Of a stretch of DNA of 64,000 nt, positions 54,450 to 64,000 are shown piece by piece. This DNA is from Eledone cirrhosa (taxonomy: Eukaryota). The position numbers and the translations under genes are program-made. The number at the start of each line of letters is the position of its first letter. Position 1 is the first letter of the stretch. The stretch is from contig OZ024744.1 of the NCBI GenBank assembly GCA_964016885.1, forward strand, positions 47,492,001 through 47,556,000, written 5' to 3'. The notes under the pieces were generated by a model, which made no database searches, had not been told where the DNA came from, and saw nothing but the letters and a program-made list of their open reading frames with translations.

Positions 54450-57400
54450 ACAGTGTGGGCTGGGTGCTTTTTGCTGTGTCTTTCACATGTCCACTTTACA
54501 GTGTGGGCTGGGTGATTTTTGCAGTGTCTTTCACACGTCCACTTTACAGTGTGGGCTGCGTGCTTTTTGCTGTGTCTTTCACATGTCCACTTTACAGTGC
54601 GGGCTGGGTGCTTTTTCCTGTGGCTTTCACATGTCCACTTTACAGTGTGGGCTGGGTGCTTTTTGCTGTGTCTTTCACACGTCCACTTTACAGTATGGGC
54701 TGGGTGCTTTTTGCTGTGTCTTTCACACGTCCACTTTACAGTGTGGGCTGGGTGCTTTCTGCTGTGTCTTTCACATGTCCACTTTACAATGTGGGCTGGG
54801 TGCTTTTTGCTGTGTCTTTCACATGTCCACTTTACAGTGTGGGCTGGGTGCTTGTTGCTGTGTCTTTCTCACGTCCACTTTACAGTGTCGGCTGGGTGCT
54901 TTTTGCTGAGTCTTCCACATGTCCACTTTACAGTGTGGGCTGGGTGCTTTTTGCTGTGTCTTTCACATTTCCACTTTACAGTGTGGGCTAGGTGCTTTTT
55001 GCTGTGTTTTTCACTTGTCCACTTTACAGTGTGAGCTGTGTGCTTTTTGCTGTGTCTTTCACATGTCCACTTTACAATGTGGACTGGGTGCTTTTTGCTG
55101 TGCCTTTCACATGTCCACTTTACAGTGTGGGCTGGGTGGTTGTTGCTGTGTCTTTCTTACGTCCACTTTACAGTGTGGGCTGGGTGCTTTTTGCTGTGTC
55201 TTTCACACGTCCACTTTACAGTGTGGGCTGCGTGCTTTTTGCTGTGTCTTTCACATGTCCACTTTACAGTGTGGGCTGGGTGCTTTTTGCAGTGTCTTTC
55301 ACACGTCCACTTTACAGTGTGGGCTGGGTGCTTTTTGCTGTGTCTTTCACATATCCACTTTACAGTGTGGGCTGGGTGCTTTTTGCAGTGTCTTTCACAC
55401 GTCCACTTTACAGTGTGGGCTGGGTGCTTTTTGCTGTGTCTTTAACATGTCCACTTTACAGTGTGGGCTAGGTGCTTTTTGCTGTGTCTTTCACTTGTCC
55501 ACTTTACAGTGTGGGCTGTGTGCTTTTTGCTGTGTCTTTCACATGTCCACTTTACAATGTGGGCTGGGTGCTTTTTGCTGTGCCTTTCACATGTCCACTT
55601 TACAGTGTGGGCTGGGTGGTTGTTGCTGTGTCTTTCTCATGTCCACTTTACAGTGTGGGCTGGGTGCGTTTTGCTGTGTCTTTCACACGTCCACTTTACA
55701 GTGTGGGCTGCGTGCTTTTTGCTGTGTCTTTCACATGTCCACTTTACAGTGTGGGCTGGGTGCTTTTTGCAGTGTCTTTCACACGTCCACTTTACAGTGT
55801 GGGCTGCGTGCTTTTTGCTGTGTCTTTCACATGTCCACTTTACAGTGCGGGCTGGGTGCTTTTTGCTGTTTCTTTCACATGTCCACTTTACAGTGTGGGC
55901 TTGGTGCTTTTTGCTGTGTCTTTCACACGTCCACTTTACAGTATGGGCTGGGTGCTTTTTGCTGTGTCTTTCACACGTCCACTTTACAGTGTGGGCTTGG
56001 TGCTTTTTGCTGTGTCTTTCACATGTCCACTTTACAATGTGGGCTGGGTGCTTTTTGCTGTGTCTTTCTCACGTCCACTTTACAGTGTGGGCTGGGTGCT
56101 TGTCGCTGTGTCTTTCTCACGTCCACTTTACAGTGTGGGCTGGGTGCTTTTTGCTGAGTCTTTCACATGTCCACTTTACAGTGTGGGCTGGGTGCTTTTT
56201 GCAGTGTCTTTCACACGTCCACTTTACAGTGTAGGCTTGGTGCTTTTTGCTGTGTCTTTCACATGTCCACTTTACAGTGTGGGCTAGGTGCTTTTTGCTG
56301 TGTCTTTCACTTGTCCACTTTACAGTGTGAGCTGTGTGCTTTTTGCTGTGTCTTTCACATGTCCACTTTACAATGTGGGCTGGGTGCTTTTTGCTGTGCC
56401 TTTCACATGTCCACTTTACAGTGTGAGCTGGGTGGTTGTTGCTGTGTCTTTCTCACGTCCAGTTTACAGTGTGGGCTGGGTGCTTTTTGCAGTGTCTTTC
56501 ACACGTCCACTTTACAGTGTGGGCTGGGTACTTTTTGCTGTGTCTTTCACATATCCACTTTACAGTGTGGGCTGGGTGTTTTTTGCAGTGTCTTTCACAC
56601 GTCCACTTTACAGTGTGGGCTGGGTGCTTTTTGCTGTGTCTTTCACATGTCCACTTTACAGTGTGGGCTGGGTGATTTTTGCAGTGTCTTTCACACGTCC
56701 ACTTTACAGTGTGGGCTGCGTGCTTTTTGCTGTGTCTTTCACATGTCCACTTTACAGTGCGGGCTGGGTGCTTTTTCCTGTGGCTTTCACATGTCCACTT
56801 TACAGTGTGGGCTGGGTGCTTTTTGCTGTGTCTTTCACACGTCCACTTTACAGTATGGGCTGGGTGCTTTTTGCTGTGTCTTTCACACGTCCACTTTACA
56901 GTGTGGGCTGGGTGCTTTCTGCTGTGTCTTTCACATGTCCACTTTACAATGTGGGCTGGGTGCTTTTTGCTGTGTCTTTCACATGTCCACTTTACAGTGT
57001 GGGCTGGGTGCTTGTTGCTGTGTCTTTCTCACGTCCACTTTACAGTGTCGGCTGGGTGCTTTTTGCTGAGTCTTCCACATGTCCACTTTACAGTGTGGGC
57101 TGGGTGCTTTTTGCTGTGTCTTTCACATTTCCACTTTACAGTGTGGGCTAGGTGCTTTTTGCTGTGTTTTTCACTTGTCCACTTTACAGTGTGAGCTGTG
57201 TGCTTTTTGCTGTGTCTTTCACATGTCCACTTTACAATGTGGACTGGGTGCTTTTTGCTGTGCCTTTCACATGTCCACTTTACAGTGTGGGCTGGGTGGT
57301 TGTTGCTGTGTCTTTCTTACGTCCACTTTACAGTGTGGGCTGGGTGCTTTTTGCTGTGTCTTTCACACGTCCACTTTACAGTGTGGGCTGCGTGCTTTTT

Positions 57401-58980
57401 GCTGTGTCTTTCACATGTCCACTTTACAGTGTGGGCTGGGTGCTTTTTGCAGTGTCTTTCACACGTCCACTTTACAGTGTGGGCTGGGTGCTTTTTGCTG
57501 TGTCTTTCACATATCCACTTTACAGTGTGGGCTGGGTGCTTTTTGCAGTGTCTTTCACACGTCCACTTTACAGTGTGGGCTGGGTGCTTTTTGCTGTGTC
57601 TTTAACATGTCCACTTTACAGTGTGGGCTAGGTGCTTTTTGCTGTGTCTTTCACTTGTCCACTTTACAGTGTGGGCTGTGTGCTTTTTGCTGTGTCTTTC
57701 ACATGTCCACTTTACAATGTGGGCTGGGTGCTTTTTGCTGTGCCTTTCACATGTCCACTTTACAGTGTGGGCTGGGTGGTTGTTGCTGTGTCTTTCTCAT
57801 GTCCACTTTACAGTGTGGGCTGGGTGCGTTTTGCTGTGTCTTTCACACGTCCACTTTACAGTGTGGGCTGCGTGCTTTTTGCTGTGTCTTTCACTTGTCC
57901 ACTTTACAGTGTGGGCTGTGTGCTTTTTGCTGTGTCTTTCACATGTCCACTTTACAATGTGGGCTGGGTGCTTTTTGCTGTGCCTTTCACATGTCCACTT
58001 TACAGTGTGGGCTGGGTGGTTGTTGCTGTGTCTTTCTCATGTCCACTTTACAGTGTGGGCTGGGTGCGTTTTGCTGTGTCTTTCACACGTCCACTTTACA
58101 GTGTGGGCTGCGTGCTTTTTGCTGTGTCTTTCACATGTCCACTTTACAGTGTGGGCTGCGTGCTTTTTGCTGTGTCTTTCACATGTCCACTTTACAGTGC
58201 GGGCTGGGTGCTTTTTGCTGTTTCTTTCACATGTCCACTTTACAGTGTGGGCTTGGTGCTTTTTGCTGTGTCTTTCACACGTCCACTTTACAGTATGGGC
58301 TGGGTGCTTTTTGCTGTGTCTTTCACACGTCCACTTTACAGTGTGGGCTTGGTGCTTTTTGCTGTGTCTTTCACATGTCCACTTTACAATGTGGGCTGGG
58401 TGCTTTTTGCTGTGTCTTTCTCACGTCCACTTTACAGTGTGGGCTGGGTGCTTGTCGCTGTGTCTTTCTCACGTCCACTTTACAGTGTGGGCTGGGTGCT
58501 TTTTGCTGAGTCTTTCACATGTCCACTTTACAGTGTGGGCTGGGTGCTTTTTGCAGTGTCTTTCACACGTCCACTTTACAGTGTAGGCTTGGTGCTTTTT
58601 GCTGTGTCTTTCACATGTCCACTTTACAGTGTGGGCTAGGTGCTTTTTGCTGTGTCTTTCACTTGTCCACTTTACAGTGTGAGCTGTGTGCTTTTTGCTG
58701 TGTCTTTCACATGTCCACTTTACAATGTGGGCTGGGTGCTTTTTGCTGTGCCTTTCACATGTCCACTTTACAGTGTGAGCTGGGTGGTTGTTGCTGTGTC
58801 TTTCTCACGTCCAGTTTACAGTGTGGGCTGGGTGCTTTTTGCAGTGTCTTTCACACGTCCACTTTACAGTGTGGGCTGGGTACTTTTTGCTGTGTCTTTC
58901 ACATATCCACTTTACAGTGTGGGCTGGGTGTTTTTTGCAGTGTCTTTCACACGTCCACTTTACAGTGTGGGCTGGGTGCT
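54450..58980 (+). repeat. 45-monomer (2,160 bp) tandem duplication with a small internal expansion in copy 2
   Basis: Markers GAGTCTTCCAC (~54908/~57068) and AATGTGGACTGG (~55076/~57236). ORF pairs 54519/56679 and 54992/57152 are offset by 2160. After a net +4-monomer expansion near 57.9-58.1 kb the offset becomes 2352 (56167/58519). Confidence 0.9.
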
Positions 58981-61900
58981 TTTTGCTGTGTCTTTAACAT
59001 GTCCACTTTACAGTGTGGGCTAGGTGCTTTTTGCTGTGTCTTTCACTTGTCCACTTTACAGTGTGGGCTGTGTTTTTTGCTGTGTCTTTCACATGTCCAC
59101 TTTACAATGTGGGCTGGGTGCTTTTTGCTGTGCCTTTCACATGTCCACTTTACAGTGTGGGCTGGGTGGTTGTTGCTGTGTCTTTCTCATGTCCACTTTA
59201 CAGTGTGGGCTGGGTGCGTTTTGCTGTGTCTTTCACACGTCCACTTTACAGCGTGGGCTGCGTGCTGTTTGCTGTGTCTTTCACATGTCCACTTTACAGT
59301 GTGGGCTGGGTGCTTTTTGCAGTGTCTTTCACACGTCCACTTTACAGTGTGGGCTGCGTGCTTTTTGCTGTGTCTTTCACATGTCCACTTTACAGTGCGG
59401 GCTGGGTGCTTTTTGCTGTTTCTTTCACATGTCCACTTTACAGTGTGGGCTGGGTGCTTTTTGCTGTGTCTTTCACACGTCCACTTTACAGTATGGGCTG
59501 GGTGCTTTTTGCTGTGTCTTTCACACGTCCACTTTACAGTGTGGGCTTGGTGCTTTTTGCTGTGTCTTTCACATGTCCACTTTACAATGTGGGCTGGGTG
59601 CTTTTTGCTGAGTCTTTCACATGTCCACTTTACAGTGTGGGCTGGGTGCTTGTTGCTGTGTCTTTCTCACGTCCACTTTACAGTGTGGGCTGGGTGCTTT
59701 TTGCTGAGTCTTTCACATGTCCACTTTACAGTGTGGGCTGGGTGCTTTTTGCAGTGTCTTTCACACGTCCACTTTACAGTGTAGGCTTGGTGCTTTTTGC
59801 TGTGTCTTTCACATGTCCACTTTACAGTGTGGGCTAGGTGCTTTTTGCTGTGTCTTTCACTTGTTCACTTTACAGTGTGAGCTGTGTGCTTTTTGCTGTG
59901 TCTTTCACATGTCCACTTTACAATGTGGGCTGGGTGCTTTTTGCTGTGCCTTTCACATGTCCACTTTACAGTGTGGGCTGGGTGGTTGTTGCTGTGTCTT
60001 TCTCACGTCCACTTTACAGTGTGGGCTGGGTGCTTTTTGCTGTGTCTTTCACACGTCCACTTTACAGTGTGGGCTGCGTGCTTTTTGCTGTGTCTTTCAC
60101 ATGTCCACTTTACAGTGTGGGCTGGGTGCTTTTTGCAGTGTCTTTCACACGTCCACTTTACAGTGTGGGCTGCGTGCTTTTTGCTGTGTCTTTCACATGT
60201 CCACTTTACAGTGCGGGCTGGGTGCTTTTTGCTGTGTCTTTCACATGTCCACTTTACAGTGTGGGCTGGGTGCTTTTTGCTGTGTCTTTCACACGTCCAC
60301 TTTACAGTATGGGCTGGGTGCTTTTTGCTGTGTCTTTCACACGTCCACTTTACAGTGTGGGCTGGGTGCTTTTTTCTGTGTCTTTCACATGTCCACTTTA
60401 CAATGTGGGCTGGGTGCTTTTTGCTGTGTCTTTCACATGTCCACTTTACAGTGTGGGCTGGGTGCTTGTTGCTGTGTCTTTCTCACGTCCACTTTACAGT
60501 TTGGGCTGGGTGCTTTTTGCTGTGTCTTTCACATGTCCACTTTACAGTGTGGGCTGGGTGCTTTTTGCAGTGTCTTTCACACGTCCACTTTACAGTGTGG
60601 GCTGGGTGTTTTTGCTGTGTCTTTCACATGTCCACTTTACAGTGTGGGCTGGGTGCTTTTTGCTGTGTCTTTCACACGTCCACTTTACAGTATGGGCTGG
60701 GTGCTTTTTGCTGTGTCTTTCACACGTCCACTTTACAGTGTGGGCTTGGTGCTTTTTGCTGTGTCTTTCACATGTCCACTTTACAATGTGGGCTGGGTGC
60801 TTTTTGCTGTGCCTTTCACATGTCCACTTTACAGTGTGGGCTGGGTGGTTGTTGCTGTGTCTTTCTCATGTCCACTTTACAGTGTGGGCTGGGTGCGTTT
60901 TGCTGTGTCTTTCACACGTCCACTTTACAGCGTGGGCTGCGTGCTGTTTGCTGTGTCTTTCACATGTCCACTTTACAGTGTGGGCTGCGTGCTTTTTGCT
61001 GTGCCTTTCACATGTCCACTTTACAGTGCGGGCCGTGTGCTTTTTGCTGTGTCTTTCACATGTCCACTTTACAATGTGGGCTGGGTACTTTTTGCTGTGC
61101 CTTTCACATGTCCACTTTACAGTGTGGGCTGGGTGGTTGTTGCTGTGTCTTTCTCACGTCCAGTTTACAGTGTGGGCTGGGTGCTTTTTGCTGTGTCTTT
61201 CACATGTCCACTTTACAATGTGGGCTGGGTGCTTTTTGCTGTGCCTTTCACATGTCCACTTTACAGTGTGGGCTGGGTGGTTGTTGCTGTGTCTTTCTCA
61301 CGTCCAGTTTACAGTGTGGGCTGGGTGCTTTTTGCAGTGTCTTTCACACGTCCACTTTACAGTGTGGGCTGGGTACTTTTTGCTGTGTCTTTCACATATC
61401 CACTTTACAGTGTGGGCTGGGTGTTTTTTGCAGTGTCTTTCACACGTCCACTTTACAGTGTGGGCTGGGTGCTTTTTGCTGTGTCTTTAACATGTCCACT
61501 TTACAGTGTGGGCTAGGTGCTTTTTGCTGTGTCTTTCACTTGTCCACTTTACAGTGTGGGCTGTGTGCTTTTTGCTGTGTCTTTCACATGTCCACTTTAC
61601 AATGTGGGCTGGGTGCTTTTTGCTGTGCCTTTCACATGTCCACTTTACAGTGTGGGCTGGGTGGTTGTTGCTGTGTCTTTCTCATGTCCACTTTACAGTG
61701 TGGGCTGGGTGCGTTTTGCTGTGTCTTTCACACGTCCACTTTACAGCGTGGGCTGCGTGCTGTTTGCTGTGTCTTTCACATGTCCACTTTACAGTGTGGG
61801 CTGGGTGCTTTTTGCAGTGTCTTTCACACGTCCACTTTACAGTGTGGGCTGCGTGCTTTTTGCTGTGTCTTTCACATGTCCACTTTACAGTGCGGGCTGG

Positions 61901-63150
61901 GTGCTTTTTGCTGTTTCTTTCACATGTCCACTTTACAGTGTGGGCTGGGTGCTTTTTGCTGTGTCTTTCACACGTCCACTTTACAGTATGGGCTGGGTGC
62001 TTTTTGCTGTGTCTTTCACACGTCCACTTTACAGTGTGGGCTTGGTGCTTTTTGCTGTGTCTTTCACATGTCCACTTTACAATGTGGGCCGGGTGCTTTT
62101 TGCTGAGTCTTTCACATGTCCACTTTACAGTGTGGGCTGGGTGCTTGTTGCTGTGTCTTTCTCACGTCCACTTTACAGTGTGGGCTGGGTGCTTTTTGCT
62201 GAGTCTTTCACATGTCCACTTTACAGTGTGGGCTGGGTGCTTTTTGCAGTGTCTTTCACACGTCCACTTTACAGTGTAGGCATGGTGCTTTTTGCTGTGT
62301 CTTTCACATGTCCACTTTACAGTGTGGGCTAGGTGCTTTTTGCTGTGTCTTTCACTTGTCCACTTTACAGTGTGAGCTGTGTGCTTTTTGCTGTGTCTTT
62401 CACATGTCCACTTTACAATGTGGGCTGGGTGCTTTTTGCTGTGCCTTTCACATGTCCACTTTACAGTGTGGGCTGGGTGGTTGTTGCTGTGTCTTTCTCA
62501 CGTCCACTTTACAGTGTGGGCTGGGTGCTTTTTGCTGTGTCTTTCACACGTCCACTTTACAGTGTGGGCTGCGTGCTTTTTGCTGTGTCTTTCACATGTC
62601 CACTTTACAGTGTGGGCTGGGTGCTTTTTGCAGTGTCTTTCACACGTCCACTTTACAGTGTGGGCTGCGTGCTTTTTGCTGTGTCTTTCACATGTCCACT
62701 TTACAGTGCGGGCTGGGTGCTTTTTGCTGTGTCTTTCACATGTCCACTTTACAGTGTGGGCTGGGTGCTTTTTGCTGTGTCTTTCACACGTCCACTTTAC
62801 AGTATGGGCTGGGTGCTTTTTGCTGTGTCTTTCACACGTCCACTTTAAAGTGTGGGCTGGGTGCTTTTTTCTGTGTCTTTCACATGTCCACTTTACAATG
62901 TGGGCTGGGTGCTTTTTGCTGTGTCTTTCACATGTCCACTTTACAGTGTGGGCTGGGTGCTTGTTGCTGTGTCTTTCTCACGTCCACTTTACAGTTTGGG
63001 CTGGGTGCTTTTTGCTGTGTCTTTCACATGTCCACTTTACAGTGTGGGCTGGGTGCTTTTTGCAGTGTCTTTCACACGTCCACTTTACAGTGTGGGCTGG
63101 GTGTTTTTGCTGTGTCTTTCACATGTCCACTTTACAGTGTGGGCTGGGTG
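58800..63150 (+). repeat. 52-monomer (~2,495 bp) duplication
   Basis: ORF pairs 59717/62212 and 59838/62333 are offset by 2495 = 52x48-1. Markers GTGCTGTTTG (~59262/~61757), TTTTTTCTG (~60370/~62865) and the 47-bp monomer GGGTGTTTTTGC (~60604/~63099). Confidence 0.85.
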
Positions 63151-64000
63151 CTTTTTGCTGTGTCTTTCACATGTCCACTTTACAGTGTGGGCCGTGTGCT
63201 TTTTGCTGTGTGTTTCACATGTCCACTTTACAATGTGGGCTGGGTACTTTTTGCTGTGCCTTTCACATGTCCACTTTACAGTGTGGGCTGGGTGGTTGTT
63301 GCTGTGTCTTTCTCACGTCCACTTTACAGTGTGGGCTGGGTGCTTTTTGCTGTGTCTTTCACACGTCCACTTTACAGTGTGGGCTGCGTGCTTTTTGCTG
63401 TGTCTTTCACATGTCCACTTTACAGTGTGGGCTGGGTGCTTTTTGCAGTGTCTTTCACACGTCCACTTTACAGTGTGGGCTGCGTGCTTTTTGCTGTGTC
63501 TTTCACATGTCCACTTTACAGTGCGGGCTGGGTGCTTTTTGCTGTGTCTTTCACATGTCCACTTTACAGTGTGGGCTGGGTGCTTTTTGCTGTGTCTTTC
63601 ACACGTCCACTTTACAGTGTGGGCTGGGTGCTTTTTTCTGTGTCTTTCACATGTCCACTTTACAATGTGGGCTGGGTGCTTTTTGCTGTGTCTTTCACAT
63701 GTCCACTTTACAGTGTGGGCTAGGTGCTTGTTGCTGTGTCTTTCTCACGTCCACTTTACAGTTTGGGCTGGGTGCTTTTTGCTGTGTCTTTCACATGTCC
63801 ACTTTACAGTGTGGGCTGGGTGCTTTTTGCAGTGTCTTTCACACGTCCACTTTACAGTGTGGGCTGGGTGTTTTTGCTGTGTCTTTCACATGTCCACTTT
63901 ACAGTGTGGGCTGGGTGTTTTTGCTGTGTCTTTCACATGTCCACTTTACAGTGTGGGCTGGGTGCTTTTTGCTGTGTCCTTCACATGTCCACTTTACAGT

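Larger units (their letters stand above)
31650..56600 (+). repeat. ~5 kb (~102-109 monomer) higher-order repeat, arranged as a ~10.3 kb dimer that is itself duplicated
   Basis: Homologous block starts at 31832, 36727, 44215, 49447 and 54487 give offsets 4895, 7488, 5232 and 5040. Alternate copies share private variants: TTTACGGTG (~33329/~45712), GGGCAGGG (~35066/~47785), CACCTCC, ATGGACTGG (~38519/~51239) and CAGATCC (~44022/~54294). Confidence 0.9.
1..64000 (+). repeat. 48-bp tandem satellite array (~1,333 monomers, single orientation, extends beyond both window edges)
   Basis: Every part of the window matches the consensus TGCTTTTTGCTGTGTCTTTCACAYGTCCACTTTACAGTGTGGGCTGGG, usually with 0-4 substitutions per copy. 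The ORF track shows a strict 16-aa period in every open frame (VLFAVSFTCPLYSVGW; CFLLCLSHVHFTVWAG; AFCCVFHMSTLQCGLG; minus strand KWTCERHSKKHPAHTV). Confidence 0.99.

Noticed and set aside
12-63723. Hundreds of long + strand ORFs (up to 1,191 aa) encoding Cys-rich or hydrophobic 16-aa repeats
   Set aside because: All three + frames are open only because the consensus has 5 A in 48 bp and no stop codon. The ORFs overlap in all frames, switch frame at 1-bp deletions, and are broken by recurrent variants (GCTAGG, TTTAGAG, GCTGAG, TTTAAC) that were amplified, not purged. There is no unique N- or C-terminal domain.
1-64000. CRISPR array
   Set aside because: The repeats abut directly with no unique spacers, and there is no leader or cas gene.
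1-64000. Immunoglobulin class-switch region (about 49-bp units, GGGCT/GAGCT/GGGGT pentamers, WGCW AID hotspots)
   Set aside because: The unit length and GGGCT/TGCT motifs are reminiscent, but AGCT is rare and the strand is T-rich, not purine-rich. The array is far longer than known switch regions (about 1-12 kb), and no constant-region exons are visible.
1-64000. Transcription-factor sites in each monomer (p53-like half-site GGACATGTGA, CACCC box)
   Set aside because: These are only imperfect half-sites or 5-mers with no adjacent second half-site. They cannot be supported as regulatory elements without binding data.
1-64000. Telomeric repeat, tRNA/SINE-derived array, or embedded transposon or inversion
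   Set aside because: I found no short telomere motif, no A/B boxes or cloverleaf, and no non-satellite or reverse-orientation segment anywhere in the window.
1-64000. Synthetic concatemer or pure sequencing artefact (e.g. rolling-circle product)
   Set aside because: The variants are organised into hierarchical, linked, position-dependent haplotypes, as expected from evolutionary duplication and not from random error. Individual near-identical duplications still need read-level confirmation.

Overview
The whole 64,000-bp window is one uninterrupted head-to-tail satellite array of a 48-bp monomer, about 1,333 copies, all in the same orientation. The + strand consensus is TGCTTTTTGCTGTGTCTTTCACA(T/C)GTCCACTTTACAGTGTGGGCTGGG (A5/C10/G13/T20, about 48% GC). 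The array runs off both window edges. I see no unique sequence, genes, RNA genes, mobile elements or CRISPR spacers. The many ORFs are artefacts: 48 is a multiple of 3 and the A-poor + strand has no stop codon in any frame. The real information is in the pattern of monomer variants. It shows nested higher-order duplications at offsets that are almost exact multiples of 48 bp: about 7.2 kb and 1.3 kb on the left, 1.0-2.4 kb in the middle, and a ~5 kb unit doubled into a ~10.3 kb unit on the right. Diagnostic variants also turn over from left to right. The most unusual motif is that each monomer, read on the - strand, resembles a V(D)J 23-RSS (CACACTG-24 nt-GCAAAAAGC); this is speculative. I cannot name the satellite family or organism from the sequence alone, although the size and organisation suggest a eukaryotic heterochromatic satellite. 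I cannot demonstrate a novel biological system here. All sub-block boundaries were estimated by eye.
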